Below are positions 1 through 13,086 of a stretch of DNA of 64,000 nt, one piece after another. A program made the position numbers and the translations under genes. This stretch comes from Eledone cirrhosa (taxonomy: Eukaryota): positions 89,280,001-89,344,000 of the forward strand of contig OZ024740.1 of NCBI GenBank assembly GCA_964016885.1. The letters run 5' to 3'. Every line of letters begins with the position of its first letter. Position 1 is the stretch's first letter. Under the pieces are notes generated by a model. The model was not told the origin of the DNA and made no database searches. It saw nothing but the letters and a program-made list of their open reading frames with translations.

Positions 1-1498
1 ACCTGGAGAGGCAGGTCCATGCCGTCCAACAGCGTCGTCGGGCGCTGGACGGACGGACCGGTTAAATTGCTAGGGGTCTGTTTCGGTCCGGACCTCCAGA
101 CGGACAAAAACTGGGACGAGGTGACGAGCAGGGTGGCTTCTCTCACCCAGAAATGGGCGGAGAGGAAGCTATCCCTGAAAGGTCGAGCGGAGGTGGCTAA
201 CGCGTACATCGCGTCTGTCATCTGCTACCGCCTAACCGTCGTACCTTGTCCTAAGCCTCGCCTGACTGCGCTGGAGCGTTTGCTCTTTCGCTTTTTGTGG
301 AAGGGACGTGCTCCGATGGTCAGGCGGTCCATCTGTTGTCAACACCCGCTACGTGGAGGGCTGGGCATGCCGTGGCTGATGATGCGCAGGCACGCGCTCA
401 GGCTACGACATCTCCACCTCTTCCTCGACGGTGATCAGGTGTGGTCGCCGTTTGCTAGACGCGTTTTTCCCCAGCTCGTTTCCTTGACGGAGCTGCAGTC
501 CTGGGTCAAGCGAAGACCGAGAGGGAGCGCCTGGAGACTGGAATGTCTTCAGGCGCTCACAGCCCTCGACCAATCGGGCAATGTGATCGGTGGAAACTCC
601 ACCTCGGCGTTCTATAGAGGATTAGTGGAGGGGAAGAGCGACGACGTACTTGGGGAAACTCTAGGCGTCGACGAAAATCAACTAGCCAATCTCTTCGGAA
701 GAACTTTCGGGCCAGGGCCTATGGACAACTTCCAGAAATCTCTGGCCTGGCAGTGCTACCGAGGAGCCTTGCCAGTTCGGGATAAACTCTACAGGCATGG
801 AGGTGCCGTCAGCCGGGCATGTCCGAGATGCGCGCAGGGCGACGAAACCGTCCTGCACGCACTCGTCCAGTGTCCGAAAATTGCTGACTTGTGGGTTTAT
901 GTCGAACACCTGCTGTCGCGTTTAGGACGGATCCAGCTATCATCTGAGTCTATCGTGAGGATTGCCCCGCCCTCCTCCTTTAGCCGGGAAGGGCAGGCAG
1001 TTTTTATCTGTCTGGTGGCCATGGCGAAAGAGATAGTATGGTGGACACGTTTGAAAGGGCTGAAGACGAGCACTTACCTCTTCGGTGATGCTCTGATTGA
1101 CTTTTTCAAATTTCATTTGAAAAGGAAAATCAGAGTAGAGAAGGAAGTGCTCTCTTCCCAGCATTTTGTTGAAAGATGGGTGAGAGAAGCAAGAATGGCC
1201 CGAGTGAATGGGCCGACTCTGAGTATATATCTGTAAACTAAAGGTGGAAAACTGGGAGAGGGCACTTGCCTTGGTGGTCAGGGTCATTGTGGCTTTTTAC
1301 TGGGCTTTCTCCACAAATGTCCCTCCGAAGTCTCCCCCCTATTGGGGAATTTTTTCATTGTTATTTTCATTGTTATTTTTGTTACATCCTCTGTTTTTGT
1401 TTTTTTTACACGCAGAAATGCCCATTTGTACCGTCCTGCATTGTCCTGCACTGTCCTTAATGTCTACTTTATGTAAACCCTTGTGGTTAATAAAGAAA

Positions 1499-1546
<48 letters not shown>
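1..1546 (+). mobile_element. Tx1/L1-group LINE, 3' part cut by the window edge, with (TTA)n tail
   Basis: Nearly identical to 36085-37644. The 3' UTR ends CCCTTGTGGTTAATAAAGAAATC followed by (ATT)n. Confidence 0.93.
19..1236 (+). CDS. C-terminal part of Tx1 ORF2 (RT thumb and zf-RVT zinc finger); the frame is open from upstream of the window
   Basis: KLLGVCFG, LSLKGRAEVAN, GGLGMP and CPRCAQGDETVLHALVQC motifs. Confidence 0.88.
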   Translation: MPSNSVVGRWTDGPVKLLGVCFGPDLQTDKNWDEVTSRVASLTQKWAERKLSLKGRAEVANAYIASVICYRLTVVPCPKPRLTALERLLFRFLWKGRAPMVRRSICCQHPLRGGLGMPWLMMRRHALRLRHLHLFLDGDQVWSPFARRVFPQLVSLTELQSWVKRRPRGSAWRLECLQALTALDQSGNVIGGNSTSAFYRGLVEGKSDDVLGETLGVDENQLANLFGRTFGPGPMDNFQKSLAWQCYRGALPVRDKLYRHGGAVSRACPRCAQGDETVLHALVQCPKIADLWVYVEHLLSRLGRIQLSSESIVRIAPPSSFSREGQAVFICLVAMAKEIVWWTRLKGLKTSTYLFGDALIDFFKFHLKRKIRVEKEVLSSQHFVERWVREARMARVNGPTLSIYL

Positions 1547-1550
<4 letters not shown>

Positions 1551-1776
1551 ATATATATATGTGTGTGTATATATATTTATTTAGGTTTTTGGGGATCACC
1601 ACTGGATAGAATTGGTCATTTAGTATGGTCAATCTTGATGTAATATTATGGAGAGTACTCAACGTAGTGCAGTTCACCGGTCTTCGTTTGTGTAGTTGGT
1701 GGTGCTAATACGGAGTTAATTATTATAAATAAAATAACATGAGGCTTGACTGGTGTAAATCCTTGAAAAGTTTATT

Positions 1777-1834
1777 ATACTATGATCATTTCAATGAGCG
1801 TGTTCCGTATGAATCCGGTGATATCCTCAGGTAT
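1777..1834 (-). ncRNA. Type I hammerhead ribozyme
   Basis: ATAC-CTGAGGA-stem II (imperfect)-GAAA-TGATCA-TA-GTAT. AUA cleavage triplet and palindromic stem III. Confidence 0.75.
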
Positions 1835-4378
1835 TCGAAAAATAACAAAGGAATATATAAATCCATGTGTCCGAAATCAGAGACAGAGAGGATGACTGAC
1901 CAACTAGCTGCTTTCACCTCGGTCAGTCGCCCTCAAGTGATTGCAACTCCGTCTACTAATGACCATCTGGTGACTGGGTGAATGCTTATAATGTACTATG
2001 ACCTCTCCGTCAAAGAATAAAAATCGAAAGAAAGAAAGAATGAAAGAAGGAAAGTCACCCTAATGGTCACACTACTCTCATGCTAGAAGACACCGCGAAA
2101 ATGTTATTCCAAAGAACCCGTATTTTTACAAACCCATATGTATGGGTGCCTGTATGGTATAATGTGTGAACAGACAATTGGAACGTTAACTTATGTTAAT
2201 AATTATAGGATGAAATTAAATTATTAGAAAATTAATAGAAAATTAAAGGTTTGTGTTGCGAGAATTATTTGTGGTTCACCACTGGATAGAATTGGTCATT
2301 CCGTATAGTCAATCTTGATGTAATATTATAGAGAGTACTCAACGTAGTGGAGTTCACCCGTCTTCGTTTGTGTAGTTGGGGCTGGTAATACGGAGTTAAT
2401 TATTATAAATAAAATAACAGGATTCATACGGAACCCGGTCATTGAAATGATCATAGTATAATAAACTTTTGAAGGATTTACACCAGTCCAACCTCCTGTT
2501 ATTTTATTTAAATAATTAATTCCGTATTAGCACCACCAACTACACAAACGAGGACGGGTGAACTGCAATACGTTGAGTACTCTCCATAATATTACATCAA
2601 GATTGACCATACGGAATGACTAATTCTATTCAGTGGTGAACCAATAAACCTAAATAAATAATGCTCCAATAATGTTGAGCACTTCCAGATGTAATATTGA
2701 ACAGTGGCACTGAATTCAGTGTACAGCTATTGCCAGCATGGGATTAACTTACCATTTAGATTGTGGCTGCTCTGTGCTTTGTCTACCGCCCACCCTATCC
2801 AATGCTGCTTCCTTGTCGTGAATATTCGGATTTCGACAAAATTCTATGAATTATACTTAAGCATATATTGTATTGACTGAATTCTCTACTCTATACCTCA
2901 GGACCATGTTGTGACTCACACTGAATTCGGAGACCCGAACTTTTCACTAGGTACCACTTGATACCATTCCATCTCTTCAATCCTCTATATCTATATGTAC
3001 AACCTTGCATTATCTTACGGCAACTTGATCTATTTTGTATTTTCCCTTTGCCTTCATTCCTCCGATATGTTCTTATATATTTCCGCCTTACTACATCACT
3101 ACCTTAGGTATGACGGTGTTTTATTTATGTACTTTACTTTTTTACTTTTTACCTTATTAATGTATTTTTATTAATCTATTTTTTTATATGTTTTTATTTT
3201 TTTATTTCTTATCTTTGTATTTTTATCTTTGTATCCTGCTTTTATTTATTTGGGATTTTCTGCTTATTATTCCTTACTCAGGTCAGTATGCACCATTCAT
3301 AGCTCCCTACCCACCAAAGAACCACACTACCTATAACCCGTAATAACTGGGACTTTAAAATAATTATAGTCTATTGGCACTTTTCATTGGGTTTTACCAC
3401 TTTCGACTGATGTGGGGGATTTCCCGGCTGTGCGCCGGGCGCTAGGCAGGTTCAGCCTTCCTTGAGTGCTTGGAAAAATAAATTTTCCGCTGTTTCGGTA
3501 AACGAAACTACTCGGAGCGGGTCGATTTGCTCCGGGACCCACCGCACCGCCTGTTTTAACCGCCACATTATACTCATACCTATAAACTCTAGGCTTAGGC
3601 ATAACTGTTAGATGTATCATGCCTCCCTCTACTGGCACGTAAATAAACCCCTCATGTGCGAATTAATAGTATTCGTTTGGTATATACGATTGCCTGTAGA
3701 AGCTGGTAGACTTCCCGCTAGCACACTCGGGGCCTATCGCAGCTACGTTCCTAGAGTACTCGGAAAAATTAATTTCCATTTATTTCGATAGACGATACCA
3801 CGCGAAACTTACTGACATGTGGTTAGGAGATGCTGGCTGGGATTTACAATAGAAGGCTTTTATCTTTACTCTATATGCCACCTTGATAATTTATCGAGAT
3901 TCCCTATAATACACTTACAATTTTTCATATAAGACTCTCTCTGTAATTTCATTAAATAATTCTCGCAACACAAACCTTTAAGTTTCTATTAATTTTCTAA
4001 TAATTTAATTTCATCCTATAATTCTTAACATAAGTTAACGTTCCAATTTTCTGTTCACACATTAGACCATACAGACACACATGTATATGCATTTGTTAAA
4101 ATATGGGTTCTTTGGAATAACATTTCTCGCGGCATCTTCTAGCATGACAGTAGTGTGACCCTTACGCTGACATTTCTTCTTTCTTTTTTTTTTATTCTCT
4201 GACGGAGAGGTAGTAGTACATTATAAGCATTCGCCCCCTCACCAGATGGTCATTAGTAGACCGAGTTGCCATCACTTGAGGGCGACTGACCGAGGTGAAA
4301 GCAGCTAGTTGGTCAGTCGATCTCTCTGTCTCTGATTTCGGACCCATGGATTTTATATATTCCTTTGTTATATTTCGA

Positions 4379-4436
4379 ATACCTGATGATATCACCGGAT
4401 TCATCCCGAACCCGGTCATTGAAATAATCATAGAAT
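4379..4436 (+). ncRNA. Type I hammerhead ribozyme, second copy of the same family
   Basis: ATAC-CTGATGA-TATCACCGG..CCGGTCATT-GAAA-TAATCA-TA-GAAT. Core intact, one stem I mismatch. Confidence 0.7.
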
Positions 4437-4489
4437 AATAAACTTTTCAAGGATTTACACCAGTCCAGCCTCCTGTTATTTTATTTATA

Positions 4490-4630
<141 letters not shown>

Positions 4631-4684
4631 TATAGATAGGTAAATATACACGGGTGTGTATGATTGTGTATAGAAGATTATATT

Positions 4685-4909
4685 AATAAGAGGAATTCCA
4701 ACTTTGTCTGATTTACTCGTTTTATTTACAATCCTTTAAAATATATATAATGGTATTATAATGAAATAGTATGATAGAATATTAAATTCTAAGTGTCAAT
4801 TAACACTTAGAATTTAATATTCTATCATACTATTTCATTATAATACCATTATATATATTTTAAAGGATTGTAAATAAAACGAGTAATTCAGACAAAGTTG
4901 GAATTCCTC

Positions 4910-4914
<5 letters not shown>
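4685..4914. repeat. 230-bp near-perfect palindrome between (TA)n tracts
   Basis: AATAAGAGGAATTCC...AAGTGTCAAT|TAACACTT...GGAATTCCTCTTATT, about 2 mismatched positions. Confidence 0.95.
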
Positions 4915-4997
<83 letters not shown>

Positions 4998-5670
4998 ATG
5001 TATATATATATATATATATATGTGCAGCTAACTTTACCTAAAGTTATCTTTAACCTCACTACCTCTTTTAACCGCCTCCCCTATCTATCACATTTAATAT
5101 TTAGGATTACTTAATACCTAGGATTAGTAATTATAATTAATATCTTTAATATTAGGATGTTTAGATAGATACACTACTTTTTATAAAATGTTATCTATTT
5201 CAGTCTTTCTCTATATATATTTGTTATTTTTTTTCTACTTCTTTATTTATCACACTCATAAGAATTAATATAATTTTAACTCTGTAAGTATACCTATCAA
5301 TTAATTTAATTTCCTTTTATGTATCTAGGTTACTTGAAATTTAAACAGGAGTAGTATTTCTCACTAACACTCCCATCCCCCAAAACAATCTTTTCCCTTC
5401 ACTTTTAACTGCATTCTTTAATAACATCAATTTTTGCGGGGAATCTTTCACTATATCATTGACTTGCCCGCATTTTAACCCCTATCTTTCTCTTCCCCAC
5501 TGTATTCTTATCATTCAAAGCATACATTTACATTCCCCCACCCTTACATAAAGTTTCTTCTACCGTTATTCTATCAACTTGACCTGTAACTCTTTTCTAT
5601 TGGTCAATTCAAAACCTGTTCCCAAACCGACTTTTTATATTAATACTTTGTTTCTTTTAATAAACATACT

Positions 5671-5806
5671 TCATCATTTCTGAAGATGGCATATATAAGT
5701 GAAGGTATGTATATCTCCTCTGATAATATTTTTTTACATAGATCTTTAATATGATATACATAACAACACACACATATATATCCCAGAACAGATCGTAAAA
5801 TCATGA
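5671..5806 (+). ncRNA. Decayed hammerhead with long stem II in the 5' pLTR
   Basis: TCATCATTT-CTGAAGA-...-GAAC-AGATCG-TA-AAATCATGA. Homologous to the intact motif at 54324-54476. Confidence 0.6.
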
Positions 5807-6115
5807 TTTGTTCAATATAAGGAACCTGTTATTTGTTTTTATTTCATTGTTTTTATTAATTTATCTTGATTCTGTTTTCCTATGATTTTTATCGTTACAT
5901 TTGAATGCATTTTCTCTTTTCATGATATCTTCTATATTTGGATTACATTGAGTTCTTCATACGGATTGGACACTACCGTTTATTTTGGTAGATTTATCTA
6001 CATACTTTGCTCCTAATTTTATACAGGTCTTCATATTTTAATATAAATACATATAATTGTACGACTTCGTTTAGATATAGCTGAGCTCTCTTTCCTGTCC
6101 ATTATCCATGTTACA

Positions 6116-8656
6116 ATGGAAAAACAATACTTCGGAACATCTTTAAAAAATATACCAATACCTTCTAATGATGAATTCTTACTTCTTATGATACAAAAAA
6201 ACAACCAATTCATCAAAAGGGTCAGATGGCGGGCCTACCACTTTGAAACGTAATAATAAAACATACTCGTATGATTTCACCACATATAAGAACCCACCAC
6301 ATAACTTCTTGCTTGAAAACTTCGAGAAAGACCTATTTGACTTGATCAAAAACCCTCAGATTTAAGAAATATAAATCTAATTTTCAAAAGGATCTCGATT
6401 CTACCCTATTGCAGCTAAAACAATCTAGTAAAGTTCACGTCCACTCTGACAAAACTGAAATTCTATACCACATGGATATTTATAATTATAATGAGTTCAT
6501 TTATAAAGAACTCAGGAAAAGTTATTAAAATAATAAATAATGCGGCTCTTACAAAACATACAACATAGTAAATCAACTCAATATTGAAGACAGAACTGAA
6601 CCCTTGGCTCTGAAAAAAACCACGTTTTAACCTGAAGGATCACAAATCTAATTTCAACTCTAATCCTTCTATAAGACTTATATGCCCTTCCACATCAGAC
6701 ATTGACATCATAAGCAAAACAATTCTCGATATAATTATCCAACAATTAAGAAAACACGTTAATTTACCACTCTGGGAAAACAGATGCCAAGTAATTACTT
6801 AATTTACTAATATTGAAAATAGATCCTCTGCTTCATTTCAACAATTCCATATACATGCATATTAATCCTCTATATCACCCATACTCCTGAACAAAGCCTT
6901 GATATTTTCCAAAAATAAATCTGATTTAACTCTGGATGACATCAACATTATCACGCACGCTAGACAAACACTACTTGAATTTCAGGAGTATCGGACCAGA
7001 AATACATATAGTAATCTCATCGACATAACTATGGGCTCTAGTGATTCTGCCCGATTTACCGATCTTGTGGGCCTTTTTATTCTATTTAAGATTAATTCAT
7101 CTTTTCCCCACCTTAAAGGTGGTTTATATCGTGATGACTGTCTTCTTCTATCCACTAATCTAAGCCTATCAGAAATTGAAAGAAATAAAAAACTTATTAG
7201 AACTTTCCTCAAAGACTATTATAATCTCACTATTACATTTGAAAACACCAGTAAAATATTCAATTTCCTAGATATACCTATGGATCTATCTACAGGTATC
7301 TACTAACCTTACCATAAACCTAACCAAAACTTGCATTACATACACTCACAATCTAATCCCCCTAGATCTATCCTTAAAAACCTAGCATATAATATCTCAC
7401 TCAGAATCTCTAACCTTTCATCAAATCATGATGTATTCGATGAAAATGCGCGCTTTTATAATGAAACTTTAGCTAGAAGCGGCCATAAGATCAAATTAGT
7501 CTATATACCTTGCACCAAGAATATTTCAAACATACAACCTAATATTACCAACAAACACTAAATGAGAAACCCACACCTATATGCCACTCATACTACACCT
7601 AAAAACACCAACCCAAAACTTAATTTCTCTACCTCTCACATAAAAGATAATGATTTTCAAAATTCCTAGTAATCAGAATAAAACATCAATTAATCTAACT
7701 AAACCTATATATAATTATTTCTACTTTTGGCACAAGGCCAGCAAAATCTCAGTGCATTACTGGTACTTTATTTTATCGACCCCGTAAGGATGAAAGACAA
7801 AGTTAATCCTGGCAGGATTTGAACTCAGACCATAAAGGGCCGTAGCTCTTTGCTGCAAAGCATGGCGTCCGACCCTCTACCGGTACTGCCAATCCACCGC
7901 CCTTTACTAAACCTATATATAATAAAATCACTAATAGTAACTCTCTCAGTAAACCCCCCGATACATCATATAAATATAAGAAACATTGTCGAAACCGTAA
8001 TAGACGGGTTACTTGGTATAATACTCCATTTAATCTACAGATTAAAGACAATATCCCTCAAAAATTATTTGCTATCCTAGAGAAAAACTTCCCACATCAA
8101 ATTTTAAATAGATCTACTGTCAAATTTTCCTACTCCATTACGAAGAATATACAACAGAATATAAGTGCTTAACAACACATCACATATAAGTGTAAAAAAA
8201 AACATAAATATACCACCAACACATCAAACCAACCAAATAATACTGAAGTAAACGAAAGCAAACCACTTTCGTCTTCACCTAATTTTGACTAATAATCTCC
8301 AAAACAAACAGAACATTACTAGCTTCACATCCCCTAAACTATCACCCACCAACAACCTGTCTAACCATACTAATCTAATTACAACCCATTCTAAACCATA
8401 CATTAATGAAAATAGTAACACTAATACCAATATAGATAACACAATTAACTCTCCTGATACAATATTTACGAATGGCTGTAACTGTAGAATCAAAAGCAAT
8501 TGCCCATTAAAAGGAAATTGTCTTATTAATAACATAGTTTATAAATGTGTAATTAGTACTAAGGACAACACTCAATCCTATATAAGAGATACATCTAACA
8601 CATTTAATATAAGATTTAATACCGACAAACATATACGATTCCAGTTCCTCAGATAA
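6116..8656 (+). pseudogene. Disrupted PLE RT and GIY-YIG ORF with stops, frameshifts and a SINE insertion
   Basis: SLKNIPIP..FIKRVRWRA N-terminus, DITMGSSDSA, GGLYRDD, and CNCRIKSNCPLKGNCLINNIVYKC linker/endonuclease. Confidence 0.88.
7716..7902 (-). mobile_element. Full-length tRNA-derived SINE inserted in the PLE, with an 18-bp TSD
   Basis: A box TGGCAGTACCGG and B box GAGTTCAAATCC on -. TSD ACTAAACCTATATATAAT at 7698-7715 and 7906-7923. Confidence 0.9.
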
Positions 8657-8750
8657 ATATTCAACCCAACCAGGAGCTGGACATATCTGAGTATTGAAGG
8701 AGTAAAACACTTTAACAACATGTGTACCTGTCTCTACCACACCAATTCTG

Positions 8751-8806
8751 ACTGCCTGAAGAGGTCACAGCCAACGATGGCCCTTCACCGAAATATATAT
8801 AGCAGT
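8751..8806 (+). ncRNA. Type I hammerhead ribozyme
   Basis: ACTGC-CTGAAGA-GGT..GCCA ACGA TGGC..ACC-GAAA-TATATA-TA-GCAGT. Confidence 0.82.
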
Positions 8807-8962
8807 ACATCTTTAATAAACGAAGCCAAACTTTAAATATTTGACTTAATTACTTTATTTTACATTGCTCCGGAGTAACCAAACCAACCTGCGTACATCG
8901 TCGAGTACTCCAATCTGCATACTGAGGTGTCGGTAAACAACCAACATATACTCAAAATTTAT

Positions 8963-9069
<107 letters not shown>

Positions 9070-9179
9070 TAACTTAAGTATTCTTTCCCAAAATGGCTTA
9101 ATAAATGACATTGTCCTCATATGATCAAATATATTAATATATAGAGCAGTGATCTGGCAAATGCGAATGTTTCAGTTCG

Positions 9180-10865
9180 AAACAAAATAACCGAACTAGC
9201 TCTCGAGATGTATTATGTTCCAAAAAGATAACAAGCCAAAAATCATGACAGTGTGACTCGATTATGATGTGGAAATATACTGAAAACATCAATATGCTTC
9301 TTAACCTCAAAAGTGCTCGGAGAGTTATTTCGAATGTCTTCTTTAAAACTATTGAAGGATGACACTACAGACCTTGCAATAAAAGAGGATTGAACACGTA
9401 GAATACTTAATGAGTTGGATGAGGGAAATGCATCCTCCAGAATGTGGTTATTTACGGCTGCTGTAGAACCTTTGAAACTCCTATGGAGTTTCTGTGACGA
9501 CACTCCTAAAGTACGGAAAGAGGAACCGAAATCATGCAGATGGAGGGCATTTTTGCAGGTGATAGAACATTGTGAACTCTCTGGCAAATCTAGACTTTAG
9601 TGTTTGCCGTTTCTGTTGATCCTAAACCTTCTCTTGCTGCTGTTGATATACGATGTAAGCTCTAATACGGTGGCGGTGATGGAGGCCAAAATCAAAAAAT
9701 ATACAAAGAAGAAGCATGGTGTCCCACCATATGATCAAATATACTCACTGAGGTTGAAATTTACTGTCGTCAGGAAAAGCTGATCCTGCTCACAGGTCCA
9801 TCTTCGATGAGTACAAACTAAATTTCTTGACCATGCTCGAGGAATCCGAAGACAATGTCGTGACGTCGGTCCGGCCTAATCTGAACACAGACATAAATGG
9901 AAAGCCCAGCAGGCAGTAGATGCAGCAAAAGAAAACTATAAGATCAGAGAAATAATGCGACACACTAAGGTCAATAGGCAGTGACTGGTTATAACATAAA
10001 TGGAACGGCCGTCAGATGCTAGAAGAAATATGAGGAGAGATCTGATTTTACAAGAGCTAAAGAGAATAGTGGAATCCAGAAGACTCCAGAAGGCTGTAGC
10101 ACAATTGTGCCAGTGGATGACGTGGGAAGGTGTACTCCAGAAGTATGATTTGTGGCATATGGCACCGGTAGTATTCAGCTTTCTCCACAGATCTGCCTAA
10201 GATCTCCTGCCGACGGATACGAATTTATGAAGCAGAACAACAAAGATAATCATGAGTCTCCACTCTGCTGCGGAAGACTGATAATGGCACACGTTATTAG
10301 CTTATGCAGAATAGCTGTAGCCCATGGAGGATTCACAGGGAAACATAAGCAAATATTTAAATACATCGTACATGTGATAAGTACGACAAAAGTAAAATCC
10401 GTAGTACAAGAATTTCAAACAACATTCTATGCGGCAGAAGGCAGCTGACGAGGAACAGCCATAACATACAAAACACGGGAATCGAATGTTCTGTTTATTG
10501 CGGTCTACGGAAATTTCATATCGGACATAGCAGGATCAGCATAACTACCAGGAATCCTCATGAAGAATGGCTTGGGACTGGATATCATATTCCATTCAAG
10601 CTCCTCGATTTTGATTAAAGTCACCCACCGTCTCATCTGAAAGTAGAATAGTAGAAGCACGTACCAGTGTCCGGGGCGGCCAGCCTCCTGGTCAAATTTC
10701 TCGCCAAAGAGGTTAGGGCCTGATGTTTTGTAGGCATATGTGATTAAAATTTCATGAAACAACTTTTAGTCACTTGGAGTACTAGAACCAAACCCTAAAG
10801 ACAATGTCTGAGGCGGCAGAAATGTGTTGCAGTTGGGTCTGCTAGAGGAGGAACTAAAATGACAT
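9180..10865 (+). mobile_element. Heavily decayed HERO-like (R2 group, RLE) non-LTR element
   Basis: Translated fragments HKWKAQQAV, KAVAQ..QWMTWEGV..DLW..FSFL..DLLP, CGRL..HVISLC..GGFTGKHKQI, and a degenerate RT DD motif near 9355. Confidence 0.65.
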
Positions 10866-11439
10866 CTATACCGTTTGTAGGTATGGTGTTTGTATTTTAG
10901 CGCATGTTAAGGGATGTAGTATGTACGTCATGGTTGTAGTGGTTTCGGTACCGGTGGTTCTGTTGCCGTCTCACCGCTGCCATGATATAGACGCTATTTT
11001 TTCAAACTCAAGAATTTGTTTAGATATAAGATTGAAAACAGAGGTAATGGAGTTCCAACTAGGTCTTGTCAACAAATACTTCCTAATGTTAAAAAAAAGT
11101 CTACGTTATCCTAATGGCAAAATATGAGCTCAAAGGTACCCGGGTGTCATGACATGGATGCGGGCGACGGGCTCCAAAGTATGTAAGCTGTTAAAAGCCG
11201 AAATACCTGTTTGGGTGGGGTTTCTTATATGATGTTCTGGTATCCAGCTATCCTGAACGTATCTTGTCACTGTTATATATAATGAATAGTGAAGGATATA
11301 AAACGATGCTAATGGGTACTATCACTTACAATTGCTTATTAATGATATATGTTAGTGAAAATGGTATAATTTTGCATAGTACTTACACTATGCAGTTACA
11401 ATATGGGGCATATGAATTAGAATTAAAGGAAGCGGTAAG

Positions 11440-11562
11440 CCGATAAAACGATCCCAATGCCTTACTGGTATTTTATTTTGTCGAGCCTGAAAGGATGAAT
11501 GGCAAGCTAACTTCCGCGGTAGGTTATTCAACGCTTTATCGACACTGCCAAACTACTGCCCA
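11440..11562 (-). mobile_element. Degenerate SINE copy
   Basis: TTACTGGTATTTTATTTTGTCGAGCCTGAAAGGATGAATGGCAAG resembles the SINE core. Confidence 0.6.
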
Positions 11563-12089
11563 TGAATTGGAAAACTTAATGAGAAAGAATTATTTCATAT
11601 TATTCACGTGTGTATGCGATTGCGTACGACATCAGAAAACATTCGAATAATTATATTTTAAGAGTTCACAATCCATTGGCTCTCAGGAAAACAGCACCAT
11701 TACTTCCATTGTTAGGTATTTTCACACATTCAGAAATTGAAATATCCGATCAAGATACAATCACAGTTTATTACATGTAACTTGTAAATGATTGGGTCAA
11801 CAACTCGAGTGGTACCACTATTATAGAAATAGGAATCTGAAAATTATTACACTTAAATTACTGCTAAACCAAAATTATATTTTTTCCCTCTATTAATCAA
11901 ATATAATGATGATCGTTTAATCGATTCATAATGTAGTTCCATCTTCTCGCTGATACACAAAAGAAAAGGATAGTTTCTCTATTACTTATACATGTTTCAT
12001 GAGTGAATCTTACATTGGTGATTGTTGATATTATTGATATTATGCAAAGTCGGGGCACTTCTCTCGGGTAGCAGTAAAACTAAGTTAGA

Positions 12090-12850
12090 GTGCTTCATAA
12101 TAAATATGCATATGTGATCATATACCATATGTTCATATATAATGAATATACAAGAGGTTCGCTATGAATGATTTAAGATTCGATAATTTCACAGCTATTT
12201 CATTATACGTAGAAGAACGCTAGTAACGTATTTCTTGATTTTTATCAGTCATCGGTGACGTTTACCCACTTGGTTATGAGACAAGAATAAGCTATCGATT
12301 GCATGTGCTCATTTGCATGTAGGTTTATTATATTATTATATATAACATTGCAGTACATGTCTCTATTATGAACCATGCTATATTAGTGTACTACTAATTA
12401 ATTCTAGTCAGTCATGTCTGACCTACATGCATCAACCTCTCTCTAGACTATATTTCTTACGCGCAAAACATATAGTATATAGCTGCTCGCTGTCTCAGTA
12501 CCGGGTGAGTAAACATAATCGATGACGGATAAAAGTCCAGAAGTATGTATGTGAAATGTTCGGGCTACTGAGTTACCTGTGAAATTATCATACTATATAT
12601 ATTTAGTTTAATTAATATTAACTTATACCTCTTCATACACACTTCTATTATGAACTTTGTTATGTTATTGCGTTTGCTAATTAATACTAGCCGATTATGT
12701 TCGCACTAAAATCAAATAAGCATCTCCAGCTAGTGTTTCATACGCTGAAATGCATGTACGTAATATTTTATTATTATCAGAGCCGAGGGATTAAATGTCA
12801 CCGCTGAAGGATGAAAATATCGAAACACGTGTCTGACTATCTTACACGAC
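12090..12850 (+). repeat. Old tandem of about 270-280 bp (2-3 units) with decayed hammerhead motifs
   Basis: CTATTATGAAC..CTAATTAAT..CTAG at about 12363 and 12645. GTCA-CCGCTGA-AGGATGAAAATATC-GAAA-CACGTG-TC-TGAC at 12797-12837. Confidence 0.5.
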
Positions 12851-12900
12851 AAACATAGATTTAAACATCAATTAGGAGATACCTATATGTTTATATACAT

Positions 12901-13086
12901 AATTGTTTCTACTTTAGGCACAAGGCCAGCAATTACCCAGTGCATTACTGGTACTTTATTTTATCGAACCCGTAAGGATGAAAGGCAAAGTCAACCTCGG
13001 CGGGATTTGAACTCAGATCGTAAAGGGACGTAACTATGTTGGAAAGCATGGCGTCCGACCCTCTACCGATACTGCCAATCCGCCGC
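12901..13086 (-). mobile_element. tRNA-derived SINE, full length
   Basis: Same consensus as 7716-7902. Confidence 0.9.

Larger units (their letters stand above)
5020..8700 (+). mobile_element. Naiad-type Penelope-like element, degenerate, 3' part truncated
   Basis: 5' pLTR region homologous to 54260-54550, followed by RT and GIY-YIG remnants. Confidence 0.85.
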
